Source: an uncultured bacterium
Lineage (GTDB): Bacteria > Hydrogenedentota > Hydrogenedentia > Hydrogenedentales > JAEUWI01
Length of the DNA stretch: 41,478 bases
Assembly: GCA_963977445.1 (NCBI GenBank)
Contig: CAXBPH010000024.1
Span: 1 to 41,478, forward strand
Reading direction: 5' to 3'
The notes below the pieces were generated by a model. That model saw only the letters and a list, made by a program, of their open reading frames with translations. It did no database searches and was not told where the DNA came from. Below are positions 27,625 through 37,254 of the stretch, piece by piece (the first letter of the stretch is position 1; every line of letters begins with the position of its first letter). Position numbers and translations under genes: made by a program.

Positions 27625-28275
27625 ATGACGCCACTACTCTTGTTTCCATTTAATGGCAATGCCCGCGAGGCGGTGGGGGTTGTTGAGGCCATCAACAAAG
27701 TAAGCCCCACCTGGGACCTGCTCGGCTTCATTGACGATGACCCGGATCGCGGAGACTGCGCACAGGGGAATGTTCCCGTTCTGGGTTCCCGGAGTCGCCT
27801 CAAGGACTACCCAGCGGCAAAACTGCTCGCGGTGCCGGGGCGTCCTGAAAACTATCGCCACCGTCTGGGCATTATCGACGGCCTCGCCGTAGCGGATGAT
27901 CGTTTCGCCACCGTCATACACCCTTCCGCCGAAATTGGCCCGGGATGTTCTATAGGCACCAACGTATTGATTCACGCCGGGGTCGTGCTCACCGTTGGTG
28001 TTGAAATTGGGCGCGATGTGGCTATTCTTCCCAATACCGTCCTGTCGCACGACGTTTGCGTCGGGCGTGGCACACTCATTGGCTCCGGTGTGACCATTGC
28101 CGGCGGCGTTCAGATTCGTCCGTCCGCCTACGTGGGTTCCGGTTCCCGATTGCTCCAGGACATTGTCATTGGGGAAGAGGCACTCATAGGGCTGGGCTCC
28201 ACCGTCATTCGCTCCGTTGAAGCCCGGGCTGTTGTTGCAGGCAACCCGGCACGAACGCTTCGTATTCAAATGTAG
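27625..28275 (+). CDS. NeuD/PglD-like sugar O-acetyltransferase (hexapeptide repeat)
   Basis: LLGFIDD, TVIHPSA, hexapeptide repeats, VLSHD, VVAGNPAR. Confidence 0.88.
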   Translation: MTPLLLFPFNGNAREAVGVVEAINKVSPTWDLLGFIDDDPDRGDCAQGNVPVLGSRSRLKDYPAAKLLAVPGRPENYRHRLGIIDGLAVADDRFATVIHPSAEIGPGCSIGTNVLIHAGVVLTVGVEIGRDVAILPNTVLSHDVCVGRGTLIGSGVTIAGGVQIRPSAYVGSGSRLLQDIVIGEEALIGLGSTVIRSVEARAVVAGNPARTLRIQM

Positions 28276-28347
28276 CGGACTCGTTGACGGACTTCGCTGC
28301 CGTCGATGACCTTCCGTTGCTCCGCCTGAAAAGAGAGAGAACCCAGC

Positions 28348-29739
28348 ATGAAGACTTTCAAGACTCGGAAGGAATGTACGGGGGCCTTGCCATGGCACGT
28401 TGTCCTGGTCATCGTAGGGACGCTGGCGATGTTGCCCATAGAGCAGGTATGGTCACGGGAGGGCACACCCAATGTGATTATTGTGTATACCGACGACCAG
28501 GGAAGTGTCGATGCGGGATGTTATGGTGCCCGTGATCTGGAGACGCCCAATATAGATCGTCTCGCGGCCACTGGCATTCGGTTTACCCAGTTTTACGCCC
28601 CCGCCCCCGTATGCTCTCCCTCCCGCGCGGGCATGTTGACGGGAAAGTATCCGCCCAATGCGGGTGTGCCGGGCAATGTATCGTCCCAGCGCGGATATGC
28701 CGGGATGCCTGCCGAGCAAACCACCATCGCCGAACTCATGAAGGGTGCCGGATATGCCACGGCACATATTGGAAAATGGCACCTCGGCTACACCCCGGAG
28801 ACCATGCCCAATGCCCAGGGTTTCGATCATTCCTTTGGCCACATGGGTGGGTGCATTGATAACTACTCCCACTTTTTTTATTGGGCGGGGCCCAACAAGC
28901 ACGATTTACATCGCAATGGTGAGGAAGTTTTCTACGATGGGCGGTATTTTCCCGATTTGATGGTGGAGGAGGCCGATACCTTCATGACGGCCCACCAGGC
29001 GGAGCCCTTCTTTATTTACTTCGCCATGAATGCGCCCCATTACCCCTACCAGGGAGAATCCTCCTGGCTCACACACTATCGCGAGGCCGGTGTGGAATCC
29101 CCCCGTGATCTCTATGGTGCCTTCCTGAGTAGTCTGGACGCCCGTATCGGGATGCTTATCGACCGGGTCGAGGCCTTGGGTCTGCGTGACGACACCATAA
29201 TTATTCTCCAATCGGATCATGGCCATTCCATGGAGGAGCGTGCCCACTTCGGCGGTGGTAGTGCCGGGCCCTATCGTGGTGCGAAGTTCAGCATGTTTGA
29301 AGGGGGACTTCGGGTGCCGGCTATTATCAGCTGGCCCGGTCACCTCGAAGCAGCGGGCCGACGTGACCAGCTGGCTCACGGCAGCGACTGGTTTCCCACC
29401 ATTGCTGAATTGTGTGGTGTGGATCTTCCGACTTCGCCTATCGACGGGAAGAGCCTGGCACCTCTGCTGGTTGATGGTGATGCGCCCTCACCCCATAACG
29501 TCTTACACTGGGCCACGGGCCAGGGCGAGGGGGCCCAATGGGCGGTGCGCAAGGGAGATTGGAAACTCATCGGAAACCCTGTCGACCCATCGGCACCCAA
29601 GGGTACGGTATTGCCCAAATTGATGCTGGTCAATGTGGCCGACGATCCAGGGGAACAGACGAACCTCGCGGATATCGAAACAGCGCGTCTTTCGGAACTG
29701 CAGGCGTTACATGACCGGTGGTTTGCCCAATTCCCATAG
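28348..29739 (+). CDS. Sulfatase (formylglycine-dependent, Cys-type)
   Basis: PNVIIVYTDD, CSPSRAGMLTG (CxPxR), GKWHLG, SDHG, FEGGLRVP; signal peptide. Confidence 0.93.
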   Translation: MKTFKTRKECTGALPWHVVLVIVGTLAMLPIEQVWSREGTPNVIIVYTDDQGSVDAGCYGARDLETPNIDRLAATGIRFTQFYAPAPVCSPSRAGMLTGKYPPNAGVPGNVSSQRGYAGMPAEQTTIAELMKGAGYATAHIGKWHLGYTPETMPNAQGFDHSFGHMGGCIDNYSHFFYWAGPNKHDLHRNGEEVFYDGRYFPDLMVEEADTFMTAHQAEPFFIYFAMNAPHYPYQGESSWLTHYREAGVESPRDLYGAFLSSLDARIGMLIDRVEALGLRDDTIIILQSDHGHSMEERAHFGGGSAGPYRGAKFSMFEGGLRVPAIISWPGHLEAAGRRDQLAHGSDWFPTIAELCGVDLPTSPIDGKSLAPLLVDGDAPSPHNVLHWATGQGEGAQWAVRKGDWKLIGNPVDPSAPKGTVLPKLMLVNVADDPGEQTNLADIETARLSELQALHDRWFAQFP

Positions 29740-29921
29740 TCGAAATACGTGAAGATGCATCGCAGACCATTTCCAACACATTTAATTGCCCGCCCCCAGT
29801 TATTAAGAGATTGCACGTTGGCCTGCCGTAGCGGCTTGCGTACGTTGCCAAAACGAACTCGCTGGACTTGAGTGCAGCCTGCCATCGCTTCTTCAGGTGG
29901 GAGCATGGCAGGGGCACTAAA

Positions 29922-29961
29922 ATAGAAAACGCCCGACTCCGTGGAGTCGGGCGTTTTCTAT
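29922..29961. terminator. Bidirectional intrinsic terminator
   Basis: ATAGAAAACGCCCGACTCC-GT-GGAGTCGGGCGTTTTCTAT perfect inverted repeat between convergent sulfatase and tRNA-Glu. Confidence 0.85.
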
Positions 29962-29968
29962 ATAAAAA

Positions 29969-30046
<78 letters not shown>

Positions 30047-30116
30047 GCATTGGAAAGCGAATTAGTTTCGTTTGCGGTGACAGTCAAGAAGTTAATCTGA
30101 CCGCCAGAGGAGCCAA

Positions 30117-30146
30117 AGTATAGCATCGTGTTGGTTGCCCTGTCAA
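30117..30146 (-). promoter_or_regulatory. Sigma70 promoter of tRNA-Glu
   Basis: TTGACA-18 bp-TATACT with extended TG. Confidence 0.7.
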
Positions 30147-30197
30147 CAAGTTTTAGCAAGTTTTTTGCAGGGCATACGAAACAGCGATGCAGGCCGT

Positions 30198-31397
30198 TCA
30201 GGACCGGGCCGTAGCCAGGTCTTCCGCCAGGTGGCGACGCAGCCGTTCGACCGCAATCTCCGAGCCGCTGGGGTCTTCATCAAGCAGCAGTCCGCGCAGT
30301 TTGCAACCAAAAGCACCGACCCAGTGTTCCTTGCGGGCGTAGGTCAGCAACATGTCGAAGAAATCGGCGTCCAACTTGGGGCAGGGGAGGGCGTCGCCCA
30401 GCGCGTTGTCGGTATTGCTCCGATCAAATACGGGCTCGTCCTCCAAATAATAACGATAAAGGCTGAGGGAAGCGTTGGCGACCTGTTCTGCACGGGTTAC
30501 TTCGCCATCCAGCCGGGACTGGAAGCCCATCTGGCTGCCGACCTGCTTCAGGGCGCGTGTCGCCCAGTCATTCAGCTCGCGCAGTTTACAGGGATTGGGG
30601 TTGGTGAGGTGATAGGTTTTGCCGGAGGCACCATCACGCTCCACAATTTGCCAGAGCGCTTCGGCGACCCAGTCAACGGGTGCCAGATTGAGGGTGGACT
30701 CTGGATTGCCCTGGAGGCGAAGGCTTTCACCGGCCGGCAACTGGCCACGTTCAATCACGTCCACCATACGGAGGATGCTGTAGAAATTGTGAAACTGGCT
30801 GATGAGACCATCATCGGACGCACCGACAATAATCGACGGCCGGAATACGGCACCCTGAACCCGCTTGGATTCGATAGCGTCACGGAAAAGGTGTTCTGCT
30901 TCCCGTTTGGTCCGTTCATAGGTATTCTTACAACTCGTTTCGAGGAGGTCTTCTTCCATGGCGCGACCATTGTGGTCCCCGGCAACATAGGCGGTGCTGA
31001 CGTGATATAAGGAGATTTCCGTGTCTGCAACGAGATTCATCATGTGGCGCAGGCCGTCAACGTTGGCTGACTGCAACTCGAAATCTTTTTTGGGATTAAA
31101 GCTGATACTGGCGGCGCAATGGATAACCATGTCGAGGTTCTTGCGGAATGCTTCGCGCTGCTCATCATTAAGACCAAGATCGGGCTGGCAGGTATCGCCG
31201 AGCACGATGGATACTTCGTCAAGGCGATCCGCGCAACCTGGAAGGGCCAGTACAGCCCGAAGACGATCCTGCGCGTGCTCCAGCGTGGCATCGCGCATCA
31301 ACACAACCGGCGCAAAGCCTCGTTCTAAGGCCTTTGCGAGCACCCAGCTTCCAAGAATGCCGGTACCTCCGGTAATTAGTATTGAACGCTTATCCAT
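30198..31397 (-). CDS. Extended SDR, fatty acyl-CoA/thioester reductase-like (NAD_binding_4)
   Basis: ITGGTGILG, IHCAAS, HVSTAYV, YERTK (YxxxK), RPSIIVG, PVDWVA. Confidence 0.88.
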   Translation of the reverse strand: MDKRSILITGGTGILGSWVLAKALERGFAPVVLMRDATLEHAQDRLRAVLALPGCADRLDEVSIVLGDTCQPDLGLNDEQREAFRKNLDMVIHCAASISFNPKKDFELQSANVDGLRHMMNLVADTEISLYHVSTAYVAGDHNGRAMEEDLLETSCKNTYERTKREAEHLFRDAIESKRVQGAVFRPSIIVGASDDGLISQFHNFYSILRMVDVIERGQLPAGESLRLQGNPESTLNLAPVDWVAEALWQIVERDGASGKTYHLTNPNPCKLRELNDWATRALKQVGSQMGFQSRLDGEVTRAEQVANASLSLYRYYLEDEPVFDRSNTDNALGDALPCPKLDADFFDMLLTYARKEHWVGAFGCKLRGLLLDEDPSGSEIAVERLRRHLAEDLATARS

Positions 31398-31540
31398 ACG
31401 ATTCCTTTCACACACGTCGCGGTATGTCTTTTTAAAATTGATACTTCCGCACCTGAGGACCAGGTCGGACTCATGACGCGAGTCCGCAGACTATACCACG
31501 AACGAGTTGCTTTTGTTACATCACGTCCGGGGTTTAAGAA

Positions 31541-31601
31541 TTGGGTACGTGGAAGGTCCGAAATGACGATCCGCCGTAACGACACCCGAAGTTGCTTCAG
31601 G
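31541..31601. repeat. 61-bp block identical to 33351..33411
   Basis: Exact duplicate in an otherwise diverged duplicated intergenic region. Confidence 0.9.
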
Positions 31602-32231
31602 CTCTCTGGGATAGCAGAAAATTATAGCAGGCTAGATTCTCAATGTCCATTTTTTTTTACCCGAATGCCCCAACGGGGTACTTATGCCTGGCTTTTTTTG
31701 CTCCGTCGAGGAGGGCAATGGCGGACGCACCTGCTGCCACTGAGCCTGTTTCCGCAGGTAGTTCCCATGGAAGCGAACCGTGGGGGGGCATTGTGGCTTT
31801 ACCGTCGCATAGGCCCCTATTCATTGTGCGCGGGCGCCCAGAGCTCCGCCCTCCCTGCGCCTTGGTATCGGGTGGTGGATTCTGAGATTTTTCCTATTTT
31901 CATCATGGCACAGAGAAAGTAGTCAGAATTGAGTAACTATAAGTGTCCAGTTATTCATATAATTAATAAGAATAAATAGTTTAGTACGCAAATTATTGGA
32001 GGTGAATCCGATCAGTTGGCTACTTTGATGAAGAATAGCCTTCCAGATAGAATTTTTTGTTATCGCCCCGGCGGGCCAATTCAAAAGTTAATCATATACT
32101 ATTCAAAATTGACTACCAATATTAAGTGATCGTTAATAAAATCGTTCATTATTGACAACTATTGCCATCATATGGGCATATTCAAGGTGATCCGTCTTCC
32201 GTTTGTGGTGGTTATTATTGGTTTGCATTAT

Positions 32232-32247
32232 TGGCACGTATCGTGCA
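32232..32247 (+). promoter_or_regulatory. Sigma54 promoter of PEP-CTERM gene 1
   Basis: TGGCACGTATCGTGCA, GG-N10-GC spacing. Confidence 0.7.
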
Positions 32248-32342
32248 TACACACTGGCGGTTAGGTAAGTAAAGAGTCCGGTAGATTGAAGGTTCAATCC
32301 ATACCCCAGCTCAACGCAAAAACTCTCGGAGGAATACTTAGA

Positions 32343-33206
32343 ATGAAAAAGCTCACGTTACTACTTGCAGTGGTCATGACCCTGTCTTTCACCAACGCTG
32401 CAAACGCAATCGACACCAATGGCGACTGGTCTGATTGGTTCACCTACAATCCAGCCGTGAATGATGTAAGCCTTAATGACTGGAACCAGCAGTTTGTAAT
32501 TGATCAGTTGGCTCCCGGTGTTCGTTCCCAGAATCCCGTCGATGGTATTCACACCACGCACGGCGGCAATGTACAGCCCGGTAACACGGATGGCGACGGA
32601 ACGACTCCGGGCTTTGGTGGTCAGGAATATGACGTTGAACAGATCGTTTATTACTTCGAAGATATCGATCCGTTGGACGACAATTCCGGTGGCACGCTCC
32701 ACATCGGTCTTGTGACGGGCTTTCCCCCCACAGGCACGGTGGACTATCTTGCTGGTGACTTCTTTTTCGGACTCGGCCAGGGTTCCGGCTTGACCTACGC
32801 GCTGGGTGTTTCCGAAAATGCCGCTGACGCCGCCCGCTTGGGACAGGTGTTCACCGGTGGACCGATTATCAATCCCGCTCCCTACAACACGGCAGCTACG
32901 ACGCCCTATCGTATGGGTGGAGCGCCTTCAGTACCCTTCACCAATGGATTTGCTCCGGTAGTCGCTTGGGGCAACGTAGGTACCCACTACTTCCTCGAAA
33001 TTGCACTCACGATTGACAGCGGAAGTGAGATTGACCTCACCGGCGACAATGGTGGCCTTAACCTCCACTGGGTGATGGGTTGTGGTAATGACTATATCGA
33101 CGTGAAAGACAACACACCCTTCGCTCCCGTTCCTGAACCATCCACCCTCGCACTCCTCGGAATGGGCCTCCTCGGTGGCGCACTTCGCAAGAAGTTTACA
33201 GCCTAA
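32343..33206 (+). CDS. PEP-CTERM sorting domain surface protein (paralog 1)
   Basis: Signal peptide; C-terminal VPEPSTLALLGMGLLGGALRKK; LHWVMGCGND motif. Confidence 0.92.
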   Translation: MKKLTLLLAVVMTLSFTNAANAIDTNGDWSDWFTYNPAVNDVSLNDWNQQFVIDQLAPGVRSQNPVDGIHTTHGGNVQPGNTDGDGTTPGFGGQEYDVEQIVYYFEDIDPLDDNSGGTLHIGLVTGFPPTGTVDYLAGDFFFGLGQGSGLTYALGVSENAADAARLGQVFTGGPIINPAPYNTAATTPYRMGGAPSVPFTNGFAPVVAWGNVGTHYFLEIALTIDSGSEIDLTGDNGGLNLHWVMGCGNDYIDVKDNTPFAPVPEPSTLALLGMGLLGGALRKKFTA

Positions 33207-33248
33207 CCCGCGTAACGAAAGAACCACAATCGAATCCGATTAAATAGC

Positions 33249-33287
33249 GAGGCAGCCTGGTCCAGACCAGGCTGCCTCCACTTTTTT
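33249..33287 (+). terminator. Intrinsic terminator
   Basis: GAGGCAGCCTGGTC-CA-GACCAGGCTGCCTC followed by a T tract. Confidence 0.85.
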
Positions 33288-33350
33288 ATATAAGGCCAAT
33301 TTATATCACGAACGAGGGGCTTTTTTTGCATCACGTCCGGGCATTAAAAG

Positions 33351-33411
33351 TTGGGTACGTGGAAGGTCCGAAATGACGATCCGCCGTAACGACACCCGAA
33401 GTTGCTTCAGG
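33351..33411. repeat. 61-bp block identical to 31541..31601
   Basis: Exact duplicate, offset 1810 bp. Confidence 0.9.
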
Positions 33412-34053
33412 TTCCATGCAATAGCAAAAAAGTAAGGCAGACCAGATGCTTAGCGACCGTTTTGACTCTCTGGCCAACAGTCGGGGGCATGCCTGGGGCG
33501 GGTTTGGTACTCCGCAGGAAGGGAAGGGGTCTTGCCGGGCGGATCTGCTGCAACAGATGCCTATTTCCTATGGAGGTCCCAGTAGATGCTCTCCGTATTT
33601 GGGCCTCGGAATGGCACGGCTTATTACTAAACGGGACCCCGTGGTCAGGCATAACCACCATGGCGGCGGTCCGGCCTGCGCTCTATTAATAGGGGGATAT
33701 AGTGGGCCTCCTGCCACTTTCTTGGCGCCTCAGGAATAGTCGTCAAAAATGAATAACTATATCCTGCAGAGGGCGCCTACAATTTACAGGCATCGGCTAT
33801 TTTGTAAATAATTTATGCGGAAACATTTTGGTCTACCGGATATTCGGAGTGAACATCTCGCTCATGGTGGAGTTTTTTGCCGCGGCACCTGCCCTATCGA
33901 TTACAAAATTCAATCATAAAGTGTTCACATATGACAACTATGATGCAATCGACACTATTAAAATTGTTCAAGTATGACTACTCATCTAGCAATTGTGGTG
34001 CTATAGCATGGGCATATCGGTGGTTATTGTGCCTTTTAGTTGGTTTGTATTTT

Positions 34054-34069
34054 TGGCACACATCATGCA
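34054..34069 (+). promoter_or_regulatory. Sigma54 promoter of PEP-CTERM gene 2
   Basis: TGGCACACATCATGCA at the homologous position. Confidence 0.65.
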
Positions 34070-34163
34070 TATACATTGGCGGTTAGGTTAAGAAAGAGTC
34101 CGGTAGATTGATGGTTCAATCAATACCCCACCTCAACATTTAAAGTCTTGGAGGAAAAATAGA

Positions 34164-35033
34164 ATGAACAAGCTGACAGTATTACTCGCCGTGGTTATGA
34201 CCGTATCCTTCACCAATGTTGCAAACGCATTTGACACCAATGGTGACTGGTCCGACTGGTTTACCTATGATGGTGACGCCAGCGTCGGAAAAACTTGGGA
34301 CGAGACTAAAGTTGACCTGGTAAACCCGAACATCCGGTCCTTTAATGATGAAGAAGGTCCTACCCCGGGTTTCGGTGGTCAGACCTACGACATCGAACAG
34401 ATTTTTTACTTCTACGAAGACAATGGTGTCGGATTCACTGGCGGTCGTCTGCACATCGGTCTCGTGACCGGCTTCCCTGCGGAAGGCGTGCCTTCCGACA
34501 ATCTTTACTCCGGCGACATGTTCGTTGACTTCGGTGGCGAAGGTAACTTCGATGTTGCTATAGCGACCAGCACCGCGACGACGGTTGGCCACCTGGGCAA
34601 AGGCAATCTTGGAACGCTTACTCCAGATGCCGACTTCTTCGGGAAGGCATGGTCCTATGATGGCAGCAAGTCTTTGGAGCAGGACGTAATCCTCAACCAG
34701 TACGTCGCTTCCAGCCCCTACCGCCTGTCCCGCAAGGACCTTGGCAGCACCACGGAAATTACGAACAGCGCGAATGTCGAAGTTGCCTGGGGCGGCATGG
34801 GTTACCACAACTTCCTCGAGATTGCCTTCGACGTCGATGGTAACATCGAAGAATTGCTCACCGGCCAAGGCGGTCTTGGTCTCCACTGGACGATGGAATG
34901 CGGTAACGACGTCATCAACGTCTCCGACAGCACGCCCTTCGCTCCTGGCGCTCCGGTTCCCGAACCATCTACTTTCGCACTTCTCGGAATGGGCCTCCTC
35001 GGTGGCGCACTCCGCAAGAAGTTTAAGGCCTAA
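34164..35033 (+). CDS. PEP-CTERM sorting domain surface protein (paralog 2)
   Basis: Signal peptide; VPEPSTFALLGMGLLGGALRKK; LHWTMECGND. Confidence 0.92.
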   Translation: MNKLTVLLAVVMTVSFTNVANAFDTNGDWSDWFTYDGDASVGKTWDETKVDLVNPNIRSFNDEEGPTPGFGGQTYDIEQIFYFYEDNGVGFTGGRLHIGLVTGFPAEGVPSDNLYSGDMFVDFGGEGNFDVAIATSTATTVGHLGKGNLGTLTPDADFFGKAWSYDGSKSLEQDVILNQYVASSPYRLSRKDLGSTTEITNSANVEVAWGGMGYHNFLEIAFDVDGNIEELLTGQGGLGLHWTMECGNDVINVSDSTPFAPGAPVPEPSTFALLGMGLLGGALRKKFKA

Positions 35034-35075
35034 CCGACTTAGCGAAAGAACCACAATCGAATCCGATTAAATAGC

Positions 35076-35111
35076 GAGGCAGCCTGGTCCAGACCAGGCT
35101 GCCTCCACTTT
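35076..35111 (+). terminator. Intrinsic terminator (same hairpin as 33249..33284)
   Basis: Identical hairpin sequence. Confidence 0.8.
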
Positions 35112-35250
35112 ATTATGTAAGACCGAATATCGAATTCAGGCCAATGTCGGCGGTTCGCCGCAAATTCGTAGTGTATGTTACACTAGGTTCCCCGCCATCA
35201 GGGCGAGGCCGATTCAGCCGGCTGCTAGAAGAAAAGGGCTTCGAACGTCC

Positions 35251-35775
35251 GTGGTGCGTAAACCAAAACTTACCGAGGTAGTGGCCATCAAGGCCCTCCT
35301 CGATGATGCCGTATCCCACGGCAGCGTCCTGCCCCGTGAATTGCCGGAACTATATGAGAACGTCCGGGATTTCTATGTATATATCGATGAGACGGGTCTG
35401 GGTGGTTGCGTGGCGTTGCATATCGACATGATCGACCTCGCGGAGGTCCGTTCATTGGTGGTCCATGAATCACTCCGTGGCCAGGGTATTGGCGAGCAGC
35501 TCCTGGAGGCGGTGGTGGGTGAAGCACATCGCCTCAACATTGCCCGGGTCTATGCCCTCACACGGGTACCCGTTTTTTTTCAAAAGAGTCAGTTCCGCAT
35601 TGTCGATAAGATGGAGCTGCCCTACAAAGTGTTCAAAGATTGTATGCGTTGTCGGCTGTTTCCGGGCTGCGACGAGGTGGCTGTGGTGCGTGATTTGCCT
35701 GTAGTCGATGACACCCTGGTGGCGTGCGAGGAAGCTTCCGCACTGCCCCGATCGGTTGGAGAAGTAACTTCGTGA
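35251..35775 (+). CDS. GNAT N-acetyltransferase, short ArgA-like N-acetylglutamate synthase
   Basis: VLPR..ELYENVRDF, LAEVRSLVV, RGQGIG, VYALT, LPYKVFKDC..C..FP.CDEVA. Confidence 0.85.
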   Translation: MVRKPKLTEVVAIKALLDDAVSHGSVLPRELPELYENVRDFYVYIDETGLGGCVALHIDMIDLAEVRSLVVHESLRGQGIGEQLLEAVVGEAHRLNIARVYALTRVPVFFQKSQFRIVDKMELPYKVFKDCMRCRLFPGCDEVAVVRDLPVVDDTLVACEEASALPRSVGEVTS

Positions 35776-36584
35776 TAGAAAAGACACTTGGTTTCCTGGG
35801 CTATGGCAATATGGGTACGGCTATACTCGAAGGGTTGCTCGATTTGGGCGTCGTAGCCGCTGATCGGGTCCATATATATGACCCCTCCCCAGACCGTTGT
35901 GCGTTGGCCGCGGCCGTTAACGTTCGGGCGGCCACCAGTCCCGAAGTCCTCGCCGACGAGAGTGACGTGCTGCTCCTGGCGGTAAAGCCCCAGACCATGG
36001 ATGCCGCCTTGACCCAGATTCGGGACAATCTCCGGCCCGGTGTGGTGATAATTTCTATCGCAGCGGGTATTACCATCGACTTTATTCAGACCCGACTTGG
36101 TGGGGAGACCCGCGTAATCCGGGTGATGCCCAATACGCCCTACCTGGCCCATGCCGGTGCTGCAGGTATCGCCGTGAGTCCCCAATGTGAGGATAGCGAC
36201 CGGAATTTGGCCCACGCGCTCTTTGCCTCCATTGGCATCGCGGAAGATGTGGCCGAATCCGATATGGATGTGGTGACGGCCCTGAGTGGCAGTGGCCCGG
36301 CGTATTTCTTCCGCATGGTAGAGTGCCTCGTGGAAGCGGCCGTCTCTCAGGGGCTGGATCGGGCCGTGGCCGAGCGCCTGGCCGGCCAGACCCTCTATGG
36401 GGCCGGTAAACTTCTGATGGAATCGGAGGATTCGGCGGCGCAACTTCGCGTCAAGGTAACGTCGCCCGGGGGCACCACGGCCGCCGCCCTGCAGGCCTTT
36501 GACGACGGCGGACTCGCTCCGCTGGTCGGAAATGCCGTCCAGGCCGCCGTTGATCGGGGTCGGGAACTCGGCGCTTCGAAGTGA
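35772..36584 (+). CDS. proC: Pyrroline-5-carboxylate reductase
   Basis: GFLGYGNMG, LAVKPQ, SIAAG, RVMPNTP, TALSGSGPAY, VTSPGGTT; GTG overlaps the upstream stop. Confidence 0.95.
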   Translation: MIEKTLGFLGYGNMGTAILEGLLDLGVVAADRVHIYDPSPDRCALAAAVNVRAATSPEVLADESDVLLLAVKPQTMDAALTQIRDNLRPGVVIISIAAGITIDFIQTRLGGETRVIRVMPNTPYLAHAGAAGIAVSPQCEDSDRNLAHALFASIGIAEDVAESDMDVVTALSGSGPAYFFRMVECLVEAAVSQGLDRAVAERLAGQTLYGAGKLLMESEDSAAQLRVKVTSPGGTTAAALQAFDDGGLAPLVGNAVQAAVDRGRELGASK

Positions 36585-36648
36585 ATTGAGAAGACTGAAA
36601 AGCGTCTGATAGGCGGGGGTAGCTCAACCGGTACATCGGAGACACGAA

Positions 36649-37254
36649 GTGGATTTGGAACAAGAAAAGAATAAAGTCCTGGAAGAAGTGCTGGGCGATG
36701 CACCCGATCTCACGGTGAGTGACCTATACAGTGCAGATTTCAAAACCGTCTTTCGGGGCTATGACAAACAACGGGTAAACGGATTTCTTGCTCGTGCTGC
36801 CGATGCCTTCGAAGCCCTGCAGCGGGAAGTGATTCAATTGCGGGAACGCAATGAAGACTTGAGCGAGCAAAATAAGACCTACCGCGAAATGGAAAAATCA
36901 CTCACCGAGGCCCTTGCCGGTGCCCAGCAATTGAGCGAAACGATTGTTGCCCAGGCGCGACGGGAAGCCGATGTTATCCGCAGTGAAGCCGAAGTAGCGC
37001 GCAGCGGGTTAGAAGCCAAGGCGGCCGTTCTCCCCGATGTCCTTCGGGAAGAAATTGCGGTACTTCGCGGCAAGCGGTCCCGACTCAAGGCGGATTTGCG
37101 CTCGGTGCTGAATATTCATATGGCCCTGTTGAATGACCAGGGAGTCCCGGACAATGAATCGGTGGAGTTCATGCCGGGCGACAAGACCTATAAAATCGCT
37201 GGATCCGGCGGCGAAGGATGTACAATGCCCCCCTCCGAAGGAGACGATGAATGA
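36649..37254 (+). CDS. DivIVA domain protein
   Basis: LTVSDLYSADFKTVFRGYDKQRVNGFL plus coiled coil; follows proC. Confidence 0.85.
   Translation: MDLEQEKNKVLEEVLGDAPDLTVSDLYSADFKTVFRGYDKQRVNGFLARAADAFEALQREVIQLRERNEDLSEQNKTYREMEKSLTEALAGAQQLSETIVAQARREADVIRSEAEVARSGLEAKAAVLPDVLREEIAVLRGKRSRLKADLRSVLNIHMALLNDQGVPDNESVEFMPGDKTYKIAGSGGEGCTMPPSEGDDE

Noticed and set aside
31541..31601. Known riboswitch (e.g. c-di-GMP)
   Set aside because: I could not match GEMM-I/II or other consensus features by eye, and it lies upstream of the predicted promoters; a cmscan run would be needed
32343..35033. Diversity-generating retroelement (TR/VR pair)
   Set aside because: Both copies are full genes, differences are not adenine-specific, and no reverse transcriptase is present in the window
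34182..35054. 290-aa minus-strand ORF (also 30135..31010 +, 35622..36443 -)
   Set aside because: Shadow ORFs opposite recognisable genes
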